DNA of 64,000 nt, from contig NOWV01000147.1 in assembly GCA_003344405.1 (NCBI GenBank), positions 1-64,000 of the forward strand, in the 5' to 3' direction. This document shows, in pieces, positions 40,152 to 54,379 of the stretch (its first letter is position 1; each line of letters begins with the position of its first letter). The stretch is from Trichoplax sp. H2. Its lineage: Eukaryota. The notes under the pieces were generated by a model. That model saw nothing but the letters and a program-made list of their open reading frames with translations. It was not told the origin of the DNA and did no database searches. Made by a program: the position numbers and the translations under genes.

Positions 40152-43100
40152 ATGTCGAGTTTCTATCGTTTCATGACAACTGTCCTTGTGGCAGTAATCC
40201 TATCTAACGCGCCATACTGTCAAGGTGATAATGATGATCATCCTCGAGGACATTTCGACCGCCTTGGTAGCCACATTGATTCTGATGGTCATGTCGAAAT
40301 ATACGATGAAATCCCAACAGCCCAAAAGTTTTGGGAAAAGCACGTTCGACATAGGTTACCAGCCGTATTTCGTGGCGCAGCTAAAAATTTTGAAGCTTTC
40401 AACTTGTGGACAGATGACTATTTAAGGAAAAATTATGGTGACCTCGAAGTAAAACTAGAAGCAAAAGCAGAAAAAAAAAATGTACCTATTGGAACTAAAG
40501 GCAAAGGAAGGGATACCATTGCCGATTTCTTGGACAGCTATGTCAAGAAAGATTCTTATATCGTCTCACAATTGCCTGATCCGATGTCTCCTGAAATCGG
40601 TGTTTTACCTTGTATAACCTGTGGTTCTTTTAAAAATCGCATCTTGGAAGCTAATTTATGGCTCAGTAGTGGTGGTACTAAATCTCTCCTTCATAAAGAT
40701 GCAGGTAAAAAAGTTAAGCTATCGATACAAGGTTACTATCTTTCAATTTTTCTAGTCGAAGTTTTATTTATTGAAACTGAACTTTCCAATTAAAATATTT
40801 AGTTGATTAAGGTAAATTTCAAATTGTCAACTCCTTTTTTGGTGCTCGGTGCCATAACGCTTAGTTTAGAAGTAAAGCTAGAAAATTTTAGCCTAACTTA
40901 ATGTTACCATACTATAAACGTATAAGCTGATAATAGCAGCGATTTCTCATTCGCCATGACCTTATAGCCGTTTATGTTAAGATCGATGTTTAGTATCCGC
41001 TAAATTAGGCACTTGAGACATTTAACAGCTTCATAGATATTCTCTATCATAGACTTTTGTGGAATAGAGTTCGAACTGAAAACCTACATTTTACTTTGCA
41101 ATTTTTCAATTTATAAACGCTACCTTGACTCTTGAATAGCGAATAAAGATAATTTATAATAAAAATCTATACTTAGTACTTGTTCAAAGTATGCTACGAT
41201 ATGAATTGTTAGCATCTTTATAATGATATTAATTCAATGTTATTCATACACGGGAATGAATAGACAACGCTATTAATTGCCTCCTGAATGGAACCAAAGA
41301 TTGGCTTTTAATCCACCCTAAATACGAAAAATTCATTCCAATGGCCAAAGAAGCCAAATCAGAAGTTGGCGGATTCTCCACTATTAACGTGGATAAAGTC
41401 AATATTAAAAAATATCCTAACTTTAAGAAAGTCCATTACAACCATGCTAATCTATCACCAGGAGATTGTTTATACTTGCCTTATGGTATGTCAGCTAGTT
41501 GAGCTTTAAATAAATCTTTCTATTCACTTTATTCCACTATGGGAATATTGAACTCATTTAACCGAAAATGTCGATTAATTTAACTTGGTTATGTTCGAAA
41601 ATAGATTTGTTTATGGTAGAGAGATTTAAGCACTTCAATGACCATAGTTGTTGATTAAATCAAAATGAAATTACGAAGAGGCTAATAAGGTTTAAAATAT
41701 TATGTGTTCAACTAGCTTATTTGCATCAAGTTCGATCTTATGGCTCGAAAAATATGGCTGTTTCTGTACTCCTTGCAGCCGGACTCACTCACGAAAAGAC
41801 TTTTAATAATGAGGATTGTGAATCCAAAGACTACAAAGTTTTTCCAAAACTGACTGAAGTCAACATGGTGTGGACTTATCCAGGACATGGTCCACAAACA
41901 CTAGGTAGCATGGATCCAATGGAACTGAGGTAAATTTGTTTCAATATTATTAAACTAGAATAATCTACTTGCGTTGATAATAACTAGATGCAAAATAATA
42001 CAAGCCTATGGCAGGTGTATTATTTCTGGATAGTCATGATATTCTACAATCTTCATCAATCTTGTAAATGCTTTTAAATACAAAATACAACAGGGATAGC
42101 ATTTTGAAACTCTTTAAGAAAAAGGATAAAGTGCCGAGCGACAGATTCTTGCAAGAAGTTACAGCTGTAAGGAATCAAAAATAATCATATAAGATCAATT
42201 TTGTTTTAAACACAAAATGACTTTGAAAGAATCTTAGTTAAGCTGGATATTTTTTGCTGCAGATGGATGATGAAGAAGATGAAGGTTCCGGCATGATTAA
42301 AATTCAACATAAAGCTGTAAGTCCTTATTAGTGTAATATTATTAGAGTAGCAAAGTAAAGGCCCGTTCATAATAAATAACCAATTGATGACCTCTACTCC
42401 AGATGCTATAAAAGTAATCATTTCTACTTTGGATAAAATTTTAGTATACAAAACATTTTGGGCTGGATAAGAAAAAATATGTAACTGCAGAAGAGGTTAA
42501 TAAAATTCCATTTGAGCAATGGAAAGCATTAGCTGTTGATATGGATCCCGATCCAGCAAATACAGAAGAATATGAATACGCCTTATTTGATGTTAAGCAA
42601 TTTCAGTATGGCATAGAATTAACTATATAGCATTTTGATATTGAAGTAACGATATTCACACCCACATCTAGGAAGTTTAAAATAACAAAATAGCCACTCG
42701 TGTCTGTAATGTTTACACGAAATGGTGATTCTACTACAGGAATTTACTTATTTTTCTCTCTCTCGCTTTCAATGTAAATAGAAACGTTGTACGGAAATCT
42801 ATGAACCAGAAAAGTGGAGAATTAGATTCTGAAAAGTTTATTAAAAATTATATGGTAGACAATTAAAAATTACATAAGAAATTTTATTGCCATCCCTCAG
42901 TAGCTATACTCGTATATGTGTAAATCATAATTAATTAGTGATCAATTATACTTTTTTGAAGATGTTATTATAGTATTGATGTTTAACTAGAGTAGTATCA
43001 TAGAAGACAGTAACAGCTTTATATCCACTTTTGTTATAATCTTACTATCATTGCTATGATAAATTTATAGTACTTTTCTTTTTTTAAATGTAGAAAATCG

Positions 43101-43645
43101 GTGGTTCGGAAAAGATTGCAAATGATGTAAGTACTAAGACAGTAATTAATTTCACAAAGAATTAAAGTGAACATAGATTATGTGAGCTTACTTATAAATA
43201 CCGAGAAAATACGATTTCGATACGGATATAGTATGATAATCTTTTTCAATTTTAAATAAAGTTGAAAAGCTTAAGATGTTAACAATTTTAATGCAAGTAG
43301 CTAAACAAGCTAATCGTTAATTGCGTTTATGACATGTAGCTGCTGGAAAAATTCGACAGTAACAACGACGAAGTTATTGACGGGAATGACTTGGAGAAAA
43401 CTGCCGAAAAGGTTCTCAGTCTTTTTAAAGAACATTCTATGCCCCCAAAGAAGGTCGAGGTTAAAGATGAAGACTATCTCAGAGAAGAAGCAGAAACAGA
43501 AGAAGAAGGATTACCAGGTGATGAAGGAGATGATTTGATGGGTGATGAATCGGAGGGCGAAGGTGAATATCGTGAAGGCGAAGAACCTGAGGAAAGAGCT
43601 CCAAGAGATGATGATGAAAACAGAGATTATCACGATGAACTTTAA
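40152..43645 (+). CDS. ER-luminal JmjC (cupin-8) protein with EF-hand, acidic tail and HDEL; paralog A, 9 exons
   Basis: Signal peptide; FWEKHV..RLPAVFRGAA, LWTDDYL, NLWLSSGGTKSLLHKDA|DNAINCLLNGTKDW, GDCLYLPY|AYLHQVRS (HxD...H plus Lys). Exons 40152-40704, 41264-41485, 41716-41929 and six more with GT-AG borders. EF-like loop DSNNDEVIDGND; ends DYHDEL*. Confidence 0.87.
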
Positions 43646-45123
43646 GCAAGTTATTTAATCATAATAGGACAAGTAATAACATCGACAATATTATTAATTC
43701 GAAGTATTTCCTTTCAATATATCCATACACTAATGCAACATTAATATACCTTTAGGACTGCAGGCGATAAAAATGCAAAGATAACCAAATCAGCATGATT
43801 AAATGCAAGTCCACACGATTCAATGCCAAACATAGCCAATTAATGTGACTTTAAAGCGATAAAAATTAATCTTCGTACTGAAAACTTCTTGTCTTGATAT
43901 GTTGAATAGCCTAACCTGATATACTATACAATAATTTAATTTAATTTCGTAAATAAAGCATTTTCTTATTTAACCTATTTGTTATCAATGCGAGTAATAT
44001 TTATGAGTGATATTTTAATTAGCATCGAATGAAAATTTCAGCGCTATATTTTTATCTCATGAATGAGTTACCGCATGATGGAGTAGACCGCGATCCAAAA
44101 ATCGCGAAATTAAATGCATGCTGTTAGATTATATTTAAAAACCAAAATATTTACGAGTGGAGATAGAATCTCTATTACTAACCGAAATTGTCATGCAAGC
44201 AAATATCTCGATATTATTTTACTATATATTGCAAAGTTGAACGGCTAGGAAGAGTAATGAATTATAATAATAGCAGGAATATTATATTTCATGGCAGTAG
44301 CAAAGAAAAACTGTAAAGTACAATTATAAACATTGCCAATTTTTAAATATTGAATTAGATTAATTCTGAATACATCTCTCAATAACATAAAAAATCTGGA
44401 ATATGTTTCTTTCATTGATTTGTTTATTACAGAGCATAGTAAATAATAATTAATTGACGGTGTGTAAATAATAGACTACCGATTACTGCAATAACAGAGC
44501 AATCGTAGCCAAGCTAACTGTAGGGCTTAGCTCTAAACTACAGCAAGACATTTAAATCAATTCTAAGTGAATTTAGAGTTTATCAAGTTTCCATTTTATT
44601 TAAAGTGATTAATGATCTATAAATTTAAATTACAGTTATCCTTGTTTGTGCAACAGTGCAACTTTCCAATTTTTACATCTTAAAGGTCTGCATAATATGC
44701 CTATGGGATACAATCTTGCAGTAGCCATTCCAAGAAACAAAGCTAGATTTCGAACATAGTTTGAACACTAATGTCATGGATTAAAAAGTAAATACGCGGA
44801 AGTAGCGCTAACTTGACTCCAGATTGTAAATAAACAATAAACAATATAATCACATGTTTGTAAATAGTCATGGTAATTGAAAGTATATTAATAAATAGAA
44901 ATAAATGATTTCTTAATCGAGGTGCACAATGTTAAAGATGTTTATTCCATTAGGAAATCGTATTTTCTCTGACATTAAATCTTATAATACTGATCAGAAA
45001 ACTTAGTTCGCTGATAAATGCTGCCATCCGTGGATAATCGGCATTAAGGTTAAGTTAATATTATTTCACTAAACATTTTGATTATTTAAAATTTCAATTG
45101 AGTGGTTGAACTTGATTCAGGTA

Positions 45124-48100
45124 TCACAGCTCATCTAATATTCGTCCATCTTTTCTTTGTCTATTAAACTCTAATCTGTCGTTATCATCATCGTCAGATT
45201 GCTCTAATTCCTCATCTTCCAGCTTGTTTTCATCTTTTTCATCTATGATGGAGTCATTTTCATCTTCGTTCCGATCATCTTCTGGCTCATCTGCTTCATT
45301 ACTATTATTTTGTTCATATTCCTCGTCTAGAATATCTTTATATATTTCTAAAGCTTTCGGAAGATTTCTCTGCACTTCATTTTTATCTATAATGTTATCC
45401 TTATCTTCGTCCAAGGTATTAATAAACTATTTAAAAAATTACATCGAAAATGACTCAGATTATCGAGACACATATTGTGTTCATGTTTTAAACATTAAAA
45501 ATCTTGCGAGATACCTACCTTTGAAGCGAAATAATCGGAACCACCAAGTTTCTAAAAGTTATCAAGTACATAATTATTCTATCAGTACCAAGAAATTTGA
45601 TATTTTTAAAATCACTCGTATATCCTGGATTTAAATTGTCATGATAGAAATACTTAAAGTGACCTTGTATTTGTCAGTAAATTTTTGTTGATCGAAATAA
45701 CCTTTACTTTCTATAGACACTTTAGCAATTCGTCTAGAAATAGAAAGTCAATTTCAGTATTAATCACAGTAATAAAATGTTGAAGTTTCATAATAGCTGC
45801 ACTATTCCTCCTTATCAAGAAGTAATTAAAAATTATTATAGGCAATGGGTTTGTTATAATATCCATTAACGAAACCTAACGGAGAAGTAGTCCAAAACCA
45901 TTGCCTCGTAATTCAAATCATTTTCTGGGTTAGTTGCTAGCTCCTGAAGAGTTCTGATCTCATTGTAGACATTTACTGGAATTGAAAGTAGCTGTTGATA
46001 GGTAATATATTTTTGGCTGAAATCAATCCATTTCTCAAGCTATGTCAAATATAAGCATAATAAACCATGCCTGTTAATATTGTAAAGTATTCTTAAAGGT
46101 ATAGTATCATCTTATTAGATTTTATATAACACGATATGAAACCAGTATCCGATCGTAGATAATCCAAATTTATAATATTAAATTCCGTATCGATATCAAA
46201 TTCGCCATTGTCACTGTTTAGCATACAGACTTACAATCTTAATAACAGCCTGAAATATCCTCACTTTGCGAGATTCCTAGTATGCAAAAATGTACATTTA
46301 GTCAACTACAACCAATAGAGTTAGCGAATCTGATTCTATAGTCGTTTATATAGTTTACTGTACTGTATATTACATTTGCACTCTTAATATTAAATGCAGT
46401 ACTTAAACCATATCAGTTCGAATGATGTTGATGAATATAGAAATTATTGACTGTCGGTAATCTTCGCTTACTATTTTCAGCCGCTTTCGAAATACTGCTA
46501 AATCTATTTTCTCTGGCTTACCATGGAAAAATAATTGTAAGAATTGGTTACTAGATGGTAGATAAATTGGAAAGAAAATGTTACCTTTAAACGGCGCTAC
46601 TCTACTTATTTTAGTGCAACAGGTGAACAGAACATCTTTCATAATATTGAAATTTTGATACTTTTCACACACACACTCATGGGATACTTGAAACTATAGC
46701 ACTAAATCTTATTATAGCAGTAGGCAAGAAATAAATAAATACAAATGGGATTGTACTAGTGGATTACTCGGCACTGAAATATGAGCCATTCCACTCCTAT
46801 AACAAATTCTATGGCATAAAACATCCATTAAAAAAGATTGGGAAAACAACTAATATCACATTTGTAACCAACGGCAATAGATTAATTTCTGTATTTTATT
46901 ATAGTAACTTAATGCACAAATCTGGCTACAGGTTATATCATGCATAGAGAAATATTCAGCAGAAACTCTTCCAGTTAAAGAAGTACATATAATTTTATCT
47001 CAGAAAAAATTGCGTAGATTCGGAGAAACGTAAAGGTGTATTTTTTTAAAAACTTAAAATGAAATAATCATTTCGATACGGATAAACGGCACAGGCACTT
47101 ACGCGCTTTCTATTTGCAAACGGTTACCGAAGGTCATATGCCCGTAGCCAGGATATCGTAAAGACATTGGCACATTACTTAAAGTAGCACTTTCAACGTG
47201 ATCGCAACCAGTTTGGTTAAATATCTTAAAATCTTTCTTACTAATATCGAAAAGAATGGTGTAAGCCAAATTTTTCGATCCTATGGAACTTACTTGATGA
47301 AAGTAACCTATAAAGGGAATGAGACAGCTTTTTTATCTCTTGTCGCAATTATTTTCAGTTACACTTATATGGTGGACATCAGCAACGTAAACTCTTTACC
47401 TTTTCGGCGAAAATTACTACAATTTATTTAGACGTATGTTACCTTACTTAGATATACTGTACTAGTACGGCAACCTATTTTATTCTTATAGGTATACTGT
47501 ATGTCCTTCTGGTTGAAAATTCGAGTTAATTTTTTTACCTCTAGGCAGGTAGATGCAGTCGCCAGAAGTAGCATTAGCAAAACGCCAAGGAACTTTACCT
47601 ACTTTAGGATATCGATATAGATCTACTTTATCGACATTAATTGAGCAATGTCGACCCCCTATGCCATAACTACTTTCTACACCTAAATATTTACTGTACT
47701 TTGGCTCCATAAAAAGCCAGTTTTTCTGTCCAACCAGCAAACAATTCAGTGTAAATACTAGAATAAAGTATAAAGTTATTCGATTGTAACAACACACAAT
47801 TAATCCCATCACTATTGACAACCTATCAGAATATTTGAAACGATCACCATACAAGAGTTTACATTTTAGCTCAGAACAACAAACTAAGTGAGCTAAACAA
47901 ATCGAATCGGAGTTCTACTCCACTTACTTGGGTCACTATGTAATCGACTTCGGGTACTGCCAGAACTAAACCAAAGATGACTCTCCCTAATTCGGTTAGA
48001 AATAGATCCACATGCCATAAATGACGGGACAAGAATATCCTTGTGCATTGGAGCAGGCATCTCTGATACTATATAAACTTTTCTATCTTCGTATGTATCT

Positions 48101-48468
48101 AGGAAGTTGGAGAGTTGATCGAATCCTAGCCCCAAACTTCCGATCGGTTTCCTCTGATCTTCGGTTTTGCCTTCAATTTTAAATATAAATTTACCAAAAT
48201 TGCTCTTTAAATAGCGATCATTCCATAAATTAAAAGCGGGCGAAGAGCCAATAGCATTTTTAATCAAAACGGGTCTTGATTTGCTAAGATAATTTTCCCA
48301 AAACTCTCTTGGCGTCGGCAAACTGGTTAATGTGTCAATATGCCCATCAGGGTCACGTTGCATTCCTAATGGCTGGTTATGTCCACGCAAATGATCACTG
48401 GTTGTGCATACATTGATACTAAGAAATAGAAATAGGGTCTTCATGTAAATAGCATAACCTATGGCCAT
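45124..48468 (-). CDS. ER-luminal JmjC + EF-hand + LDEL protein; paralog B, 9 exons
   Basis: Signal peptide; GHNQPLG, SRLHSDP|IFTLNCLLVGQKNW, GDCIYLPRG|YFHQVSS; same exon phases as paralog A; EF loop DEDKDNIIDKNE; acidic tail ending ILDEL*. Confidence 0.85.
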
Positions 48469-49863
48469 GGCTCCTCTTAATTTAGTTAATCAACCACCAC
48501 GGTATATTGAAATATATATATAGAAAAATTTCTTTCGACAACGGTACCAAAATTAGTTTATTAGTGGCTAAAGCTACCCATTAAGGCGATCTTTTGACTC
48601 TAATAACATTTATTCATTTTCAAGGAAATCAAATAGGTCCAAATTCATGAATTATCTTGGTATAAAGTATAAATACAGCTAAAATGATAACTCAACAATA
48701 ATTACTTCGTTATCTATTGAATTATTCTCAGGGCAACCGAAAGTGATGAGCAATTTGACGAAAGTATCGCACGGTACAAAGGAGTAAGTAGATCATCTTA
48801 TCTGCCTATTCACACTATTGCCTTATAGTCTGAAATTGCTGTCTTTCTATCCCTCTTTATTGGGCTAATAACAAATACTATACAATTAATCATAAGTAAG
48901 CATCATTGCGAGCATTATTATTCATATATTCCTTTGTTAATTATTATACAGCAGCGAGATTGTTGTAATCTATTATATTAATAAACTAGAGACCACATCG
49001 GTAAGGCTAAGTGTCCATACCATTGATTAGTAGAAAGAAGCTACGACTCTTAGATTTGCATACTAGTTTATAGACTTCTAGATGCCTAAAAGTCCATGAG
49101 AAGGAACATCTAGTAATCTATATAAAAGTTGACGCCTCCATACTGGGGATGTCGTTGAATAAATTAGGCCATTTGACTATGGCTGATAGATGACAGTGTA
49201 GAGATTTTGAGCAATGTCTTATAGATTTGAAGACATAAGTATCTCCTATGTAATGTATCATATTACCTTTATAACTCATTACATCGAAATTTTAGGTCTT
49301 TTGCAGAAATGAACTAGCAAAACAGGACGCAATTAATATAATAAATTGAGAAGTTATTTATTCAGATACTAGAGGTGTCGTTAACTGTATTTTAGAGAAA
49401 GATTTTAATTTCAATCTAATATTGGTAAACATAGGACTAAGATCATATGGAATAAATATGCATGTAGTTATTGTTTACTATCATATTTTCTATAGTAATA
49501 GGATTAACTGACAACACTTTTAGTTTGGAGATGAATTACTTTAAAAAATCTTATTATTACTGAGTAAATGCAGTATTCAGTACTTTCCGAAGAGTATCGA
49601 TAAATAGGGTGATTGATAGTACAGGTAATAATTGTAGTAAATTACGCTATAACATTGTCAATAGTAAATAAAAATCTCACTATAATTTTAAGTGTTACTA
49701 ATATTCTAGTCAATGCAGTAAATGATTTCATCTCCATTAGATATTACTAGTATTTTCAAATGTCTTATCTATTTTTTGAATTTTAAAATTTTAAGTTCAT
49801 ACCAAGTCCAATATTATATAAAAAGATATTTACTGATAAAATATTACTAATATTTAAATCCGC

Positions 49864-52800
49864 TCATAGTTCATCGCGGCGTCGCAATAATTTTATTAAA
49901 TCTTCTTCATCGATATTTCGTAAATTTTCAGGTAATTCTTTACTTCTCAACAATTCTCTTATACGTTCAAACTCGTCATCTTCATCATGCTCACCACGAT
50001 CATCATCCTCTTCTTCTTCTCCTCGCTTATATAACAAATTTCTGACGTCGTGTGAACTGTCATTATCTTTCACGGTTTCGCTATAAGGCTCTACTGTCTT
50101 ATTTAAATTGTCTTTTAATTCGTTTATATCGATTATACCATCTTTATTTCCATCCAATGCAGATATTATCTGTGATAGTAATACAAATAAAGAATTCTTT
50201 CAAATAATGGACGACCCAAGAATTGGAGTAGAACAATTTATTTGCTTTCACCATTAGCTACAGTTTTGCATGCCATTGCTACATGGAAAAGGCATAGCAT
50301 AATCATCGAAATTTTCTTACTAACCTCTTGAGCGTACTTATTAGACCCACCAATTTCCTGAAATGGATGGATTATGTAGTTAGCATGCGTATGGCTTTTC
50401 TTATTATTATATAATAATTAAGTTTCGAACTCAGCTGATAAGTGATATATCTTACGTCTTATATAATTTACCTTATAGGCATTCGTAAACTGATTCTTAT
50501 CAAGTTGCTTGCTGCCTTTATCATAGGCGGCTTTAATAATTTCCCTAGCATCATCCAATAAATCAAAAAAATATAAGCTCATAGTAAGTTTATTATCAAC
50601 AACGATTTAATAAAATTAGTATAATTTAAGCAAAAATTATAGTGATTAGTGCAGCTTATCACCAGTACTCTACTGACCTGATCATTTTCCTGTGAAAATG
50701 AAGACGTTCATAATTAATATTGTTATGAGGCCGAGCATCTAATTCTAATATGGTTTGAATTGCTTTCCAAGCTGGTATTGGAATTGATTGTATTTGCTCT
50801 TTGGTAATGTTACCACTAAGGTCGATATGTTTTTTAAACTAAAAAAGCGAAATCGAATTAAATATAATAAGATGATAGACCATATGGTGCTATACTGCGA
50901 AACGATGTATGATCTATCTAGTTCAATGTAAGGTTAACTGAGAATCTCCCTCACCAAATCTATAGCTTTATTTACCGTAACCGTTGAAGTGGCAAACTGG
51001 AGAAAAAGTGAATAAAAAGAATTTAAATGAACAATGAGTAATTTTATATAGCAGAGTATATATAATATTCATCACTTACTATTCTAAAATAAAAAGACAA
51101 GCTTGATATAAATCAAGCGCTTACAGATTAATTTTAATAGACAACTAAATCGATGTTTTAGTTCATTAGCTACTAGTGTCCTTGACGATCGCTACTGTAT
51201 TGGAATTTTTCGAAGGATTTGATGTTACCTCATTAAGCAGCAGCTTAAGATTTTCTAAATCGCTTGGAAGCCCTCTCGATTCGAGTTCGTGTACAAAATT
51301 TCCCCTAATTAATAGATATTTTACAGGATTATATCTCTTTGGAATTGAACGTCAATACAAGTACAAGTTATAAATAATTTGTTACTTCCAGCTATACAAT
51401 TTACTAACATACCGGCTTTGGACAGGATTAATATTACCCATGCTCATGTGGCCATTACCTGGATAATCCCAAACTAATTCAATACTGTTTAAATTTTTAA
51501 TTTTTGCCTTTTTGCAATCTTGACGCTGCAAGTATTCTAGATCGTGATAGTCAGTTCTATCTAGTAGTACTGAAAACCCTACATTGTGCTTTCCTTTGAA
51601 ACTTACGATTTGAGAATAACCTGCATTGAAAGAGTAATAAGTAATCATCAAGGGTCAATAATTTAAAATCGTGACAAACTATCGCCGAACTAAAGTTTAA
51701 AAATCAGTTACGAGCATACAGCAAGAATAGCACCCTAGGGTTATAACAGATATTAAGTTGTAAATAGAGTAAAAGCCTGATAGAACGTATATCAGATTAG
51801 CTGAAATGAAATTTCTCGTTAGCCCTGTACAGCGTGTAGGATAATTGCTACGATACAAAAAAATTTCAAGATGATAATTTAATGGTGAAATTTATCAGAA
51901 CTTTAGATGCTATCACTATGAAACGCGATAAAAATTATTTCCTAAAGTGTTGCATTCTATAAAACTGATTATAGAATTTGTAATGATGAAACTTTACTCG
52001 TTTTGCTAATAAAATTTCACGGTTGACAAACATGTTAAGAAAATTATTATAATTCAGACGCAAGATAACGGTTCGTATTTCTTTTCTGTTAGCAGTTACA
52101 TTAAAGGTTAGGAATGCATACAATAATTCAATATAAAACACAAATGCCGCTGGTAACTTTATACATATTAAATAAATTAGTTTACTTGCATCTTGAAAGG
52201 AAATCTAATCCTGATAAAGAACTACAACGTGTTGGTTTTAATCATAGCGGTAAAAGAAAAAAGCTTTTTCTTTCAAATTGCTTATTCTATTACCTCTATG
52301 GCTTTCACATGCTCATTTGGGTTAGAATGACTTTGATTAGCATCATTCTGATTTATAATAACGGCTACTTTATCATTAATGTTAACTGTAGTAACGATAA
52401 TTTCATTTTAATGTCTTTCAAGATTATTTACCATGCGGAACATATAAACAATCGCCTCCTTTCACTTCGGCATAATGCCAGGGGACGGATGTTTCAGAAC
52501 GCAAACATCCTCGTATTTCATCATCGTCGAGATAAGCGACATTGGATGTATCGAAATCGGCAATTTCACATTTGGAATGTAATTTCTCGTTATATTTAGA
52601 TTCAATAAGAGCCCATTCTTCTTTTCCACGTAATAAGCAGTGAAGCATGGATGCTAGAAGTGCGTAAAGATAAGACAGAATTATGAAAGATTATCGTATT
52701 AATGGCAATGTAATTTAACGCCATTCACAAGATGACATATGTAGTCCTATTTGTTACTTACGCGAATCTCGCTGCCACTGGGTATGATGAGCGCCGAGAC

Positions 52801-53329
52801 TGATCAACAAATTACTGGCGAGAATACTACGAGTAATTGGACCACATGTTAAAAACGGCATGACTAAGATATCCTTTTGCATAGCGGTTGGAAGTTGCGT
52901 TTCTATGTACATTCTTTTACGAAAATTTATATCTAAGAAATTGTTTAATGTGTCGAAACCCATGCCTTCGTTTCCAGTTGGTGGCTTCATTCGATTTTTT
53001 TTATCAATAATTTTAACAGTAAGATTGCCGTAAGAATTTTTTAGAAAATTTCGATTCCATGTATGAAAAGCTGGTGAATATACAGCAATTCCTTTAATTA
53101 AAACAGGTTTAAATGTAGTGACATATTGGTCCCAAAATTCACTTGTAGTGGGTACATATTTAAGAATGTTAACAAATTGATTGGCAAGACTTTTCATTTC
53201 AAAAATCGGCTCTTCTTGATGGGCTTTTGCCGTAGCACTTTTCTCCTTGCCATCGGCTAAAGATGGATGACTCCACGAAACTATCAGTAAAAAACCAATC
53301 GCTAATATAGTATTCAGTCCGACCGCCAT
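49864..53329 (-). CDS. ER-luminal JmjC-fold pseudoenzyme + EF-hand + RDEL; paralog C
   Basis: Signal peptide; JmjC core aligns but reads TQWQRDS (H>Q), LRGKEEW (K>E) and PHGYSQIV (H>Q); EF loop DGNKDGIIDINE; ends RRRDEL*; no stops seen in the exons read. Confidence 0.82.
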
Positions 53330-54379
53330 GGTTCTATTCGATCCAGGCCAGGTTATAAGTTAAAGGCGTTTGCAATTTCGAGCTAAATAGTGCTATACAG
53401 AGTATATTGATTCAATGAAATTTTTCACTCATCAATTCATATGTGTAGTAATAGCAAACAGTGGCAATATTAATGGACAATACATGAATGGTAAGCAACT
53501 TACTAGTAGAAAATAAAAATCCTTCAAGATTACTAACGTATTCGTCTGTCTACCAACTCGTGTGTGAGTATAAGAGTAGTCTTAACGCTTGTTTTACGGC
53601 AATCCAACGGATATATTCATTTTAGGCCTTTTTCACTATGGCTAATTAACTGCTATACGAATTGGCAACAGTTTAACCACTCTATTTACTCCTTTCTATG
53701 CTGTATCTGAGAAAGGATATGGAGGCGTGTACATCAATCCAGTCTTTGTAAAGAAAATGAATAAAATGATAAGCCTATTATCATGTTAAATATAGAATAA
53801 TTTTACATTAATAGGACGAGCCATCATAGAAATAGCTTAAAGGCAGATTAACCTGAACGAAATCAAAGTTAAAATGTGTATCCTTGGTGAAGACTGTCTT
53901 ATTCCTCTTGGTCATTGGATATCATTGAGTTTTACGTTATAGACTAAAGCGTTTATAATACGTTTTTCCTCTATAGCCCGTCTCTCCACATTTATTTGAA
54001 TAGTTCTGACGCTCCTCATCGATAAAATATCCATAAATTGAGGTGTATTTCTTGGCATTTTACTGTAAAACAGTAGATTACAGCAGCGGTAATGAAAGTG
54101 GCCATTTTTTCTCCAGCTTCAATTTTAGAGCCATTCTTGGAGAAGTACACGCCAACCACTTGTAAGTGACGTTCAAAAGTCATTCATTGCAGTCACAATG
54201 CATGAGACATGTCAAACAAATAAGTTTCACCCCCTTGGTCATTCTTAGAGAATGGCATTGTTTAATATGTGATGGTTCATCCATTCGCTTCAGCCATACA
54301 ACGATCGTGCGACATTTCAAAATGGCGAGTGTCAACACTTCCTCATTGGTAGTAGTTTCAAGCCAGTAAGAGAAAAATT

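Noticed and set aside
45224-45634. Ser-rich antisense ORF (and similar His/Leu-rich ORFs at 61976-62176 and 9064-9279)
   Set aside because: Shadow frames of acidic low-complexity coding sequence on the opposite strand.
52114-52599. 161-aa plus-strand ORF
   Set aside because: Antisense to an intron and exon of JmjC paralog C, AT-rich composition, no motifs.
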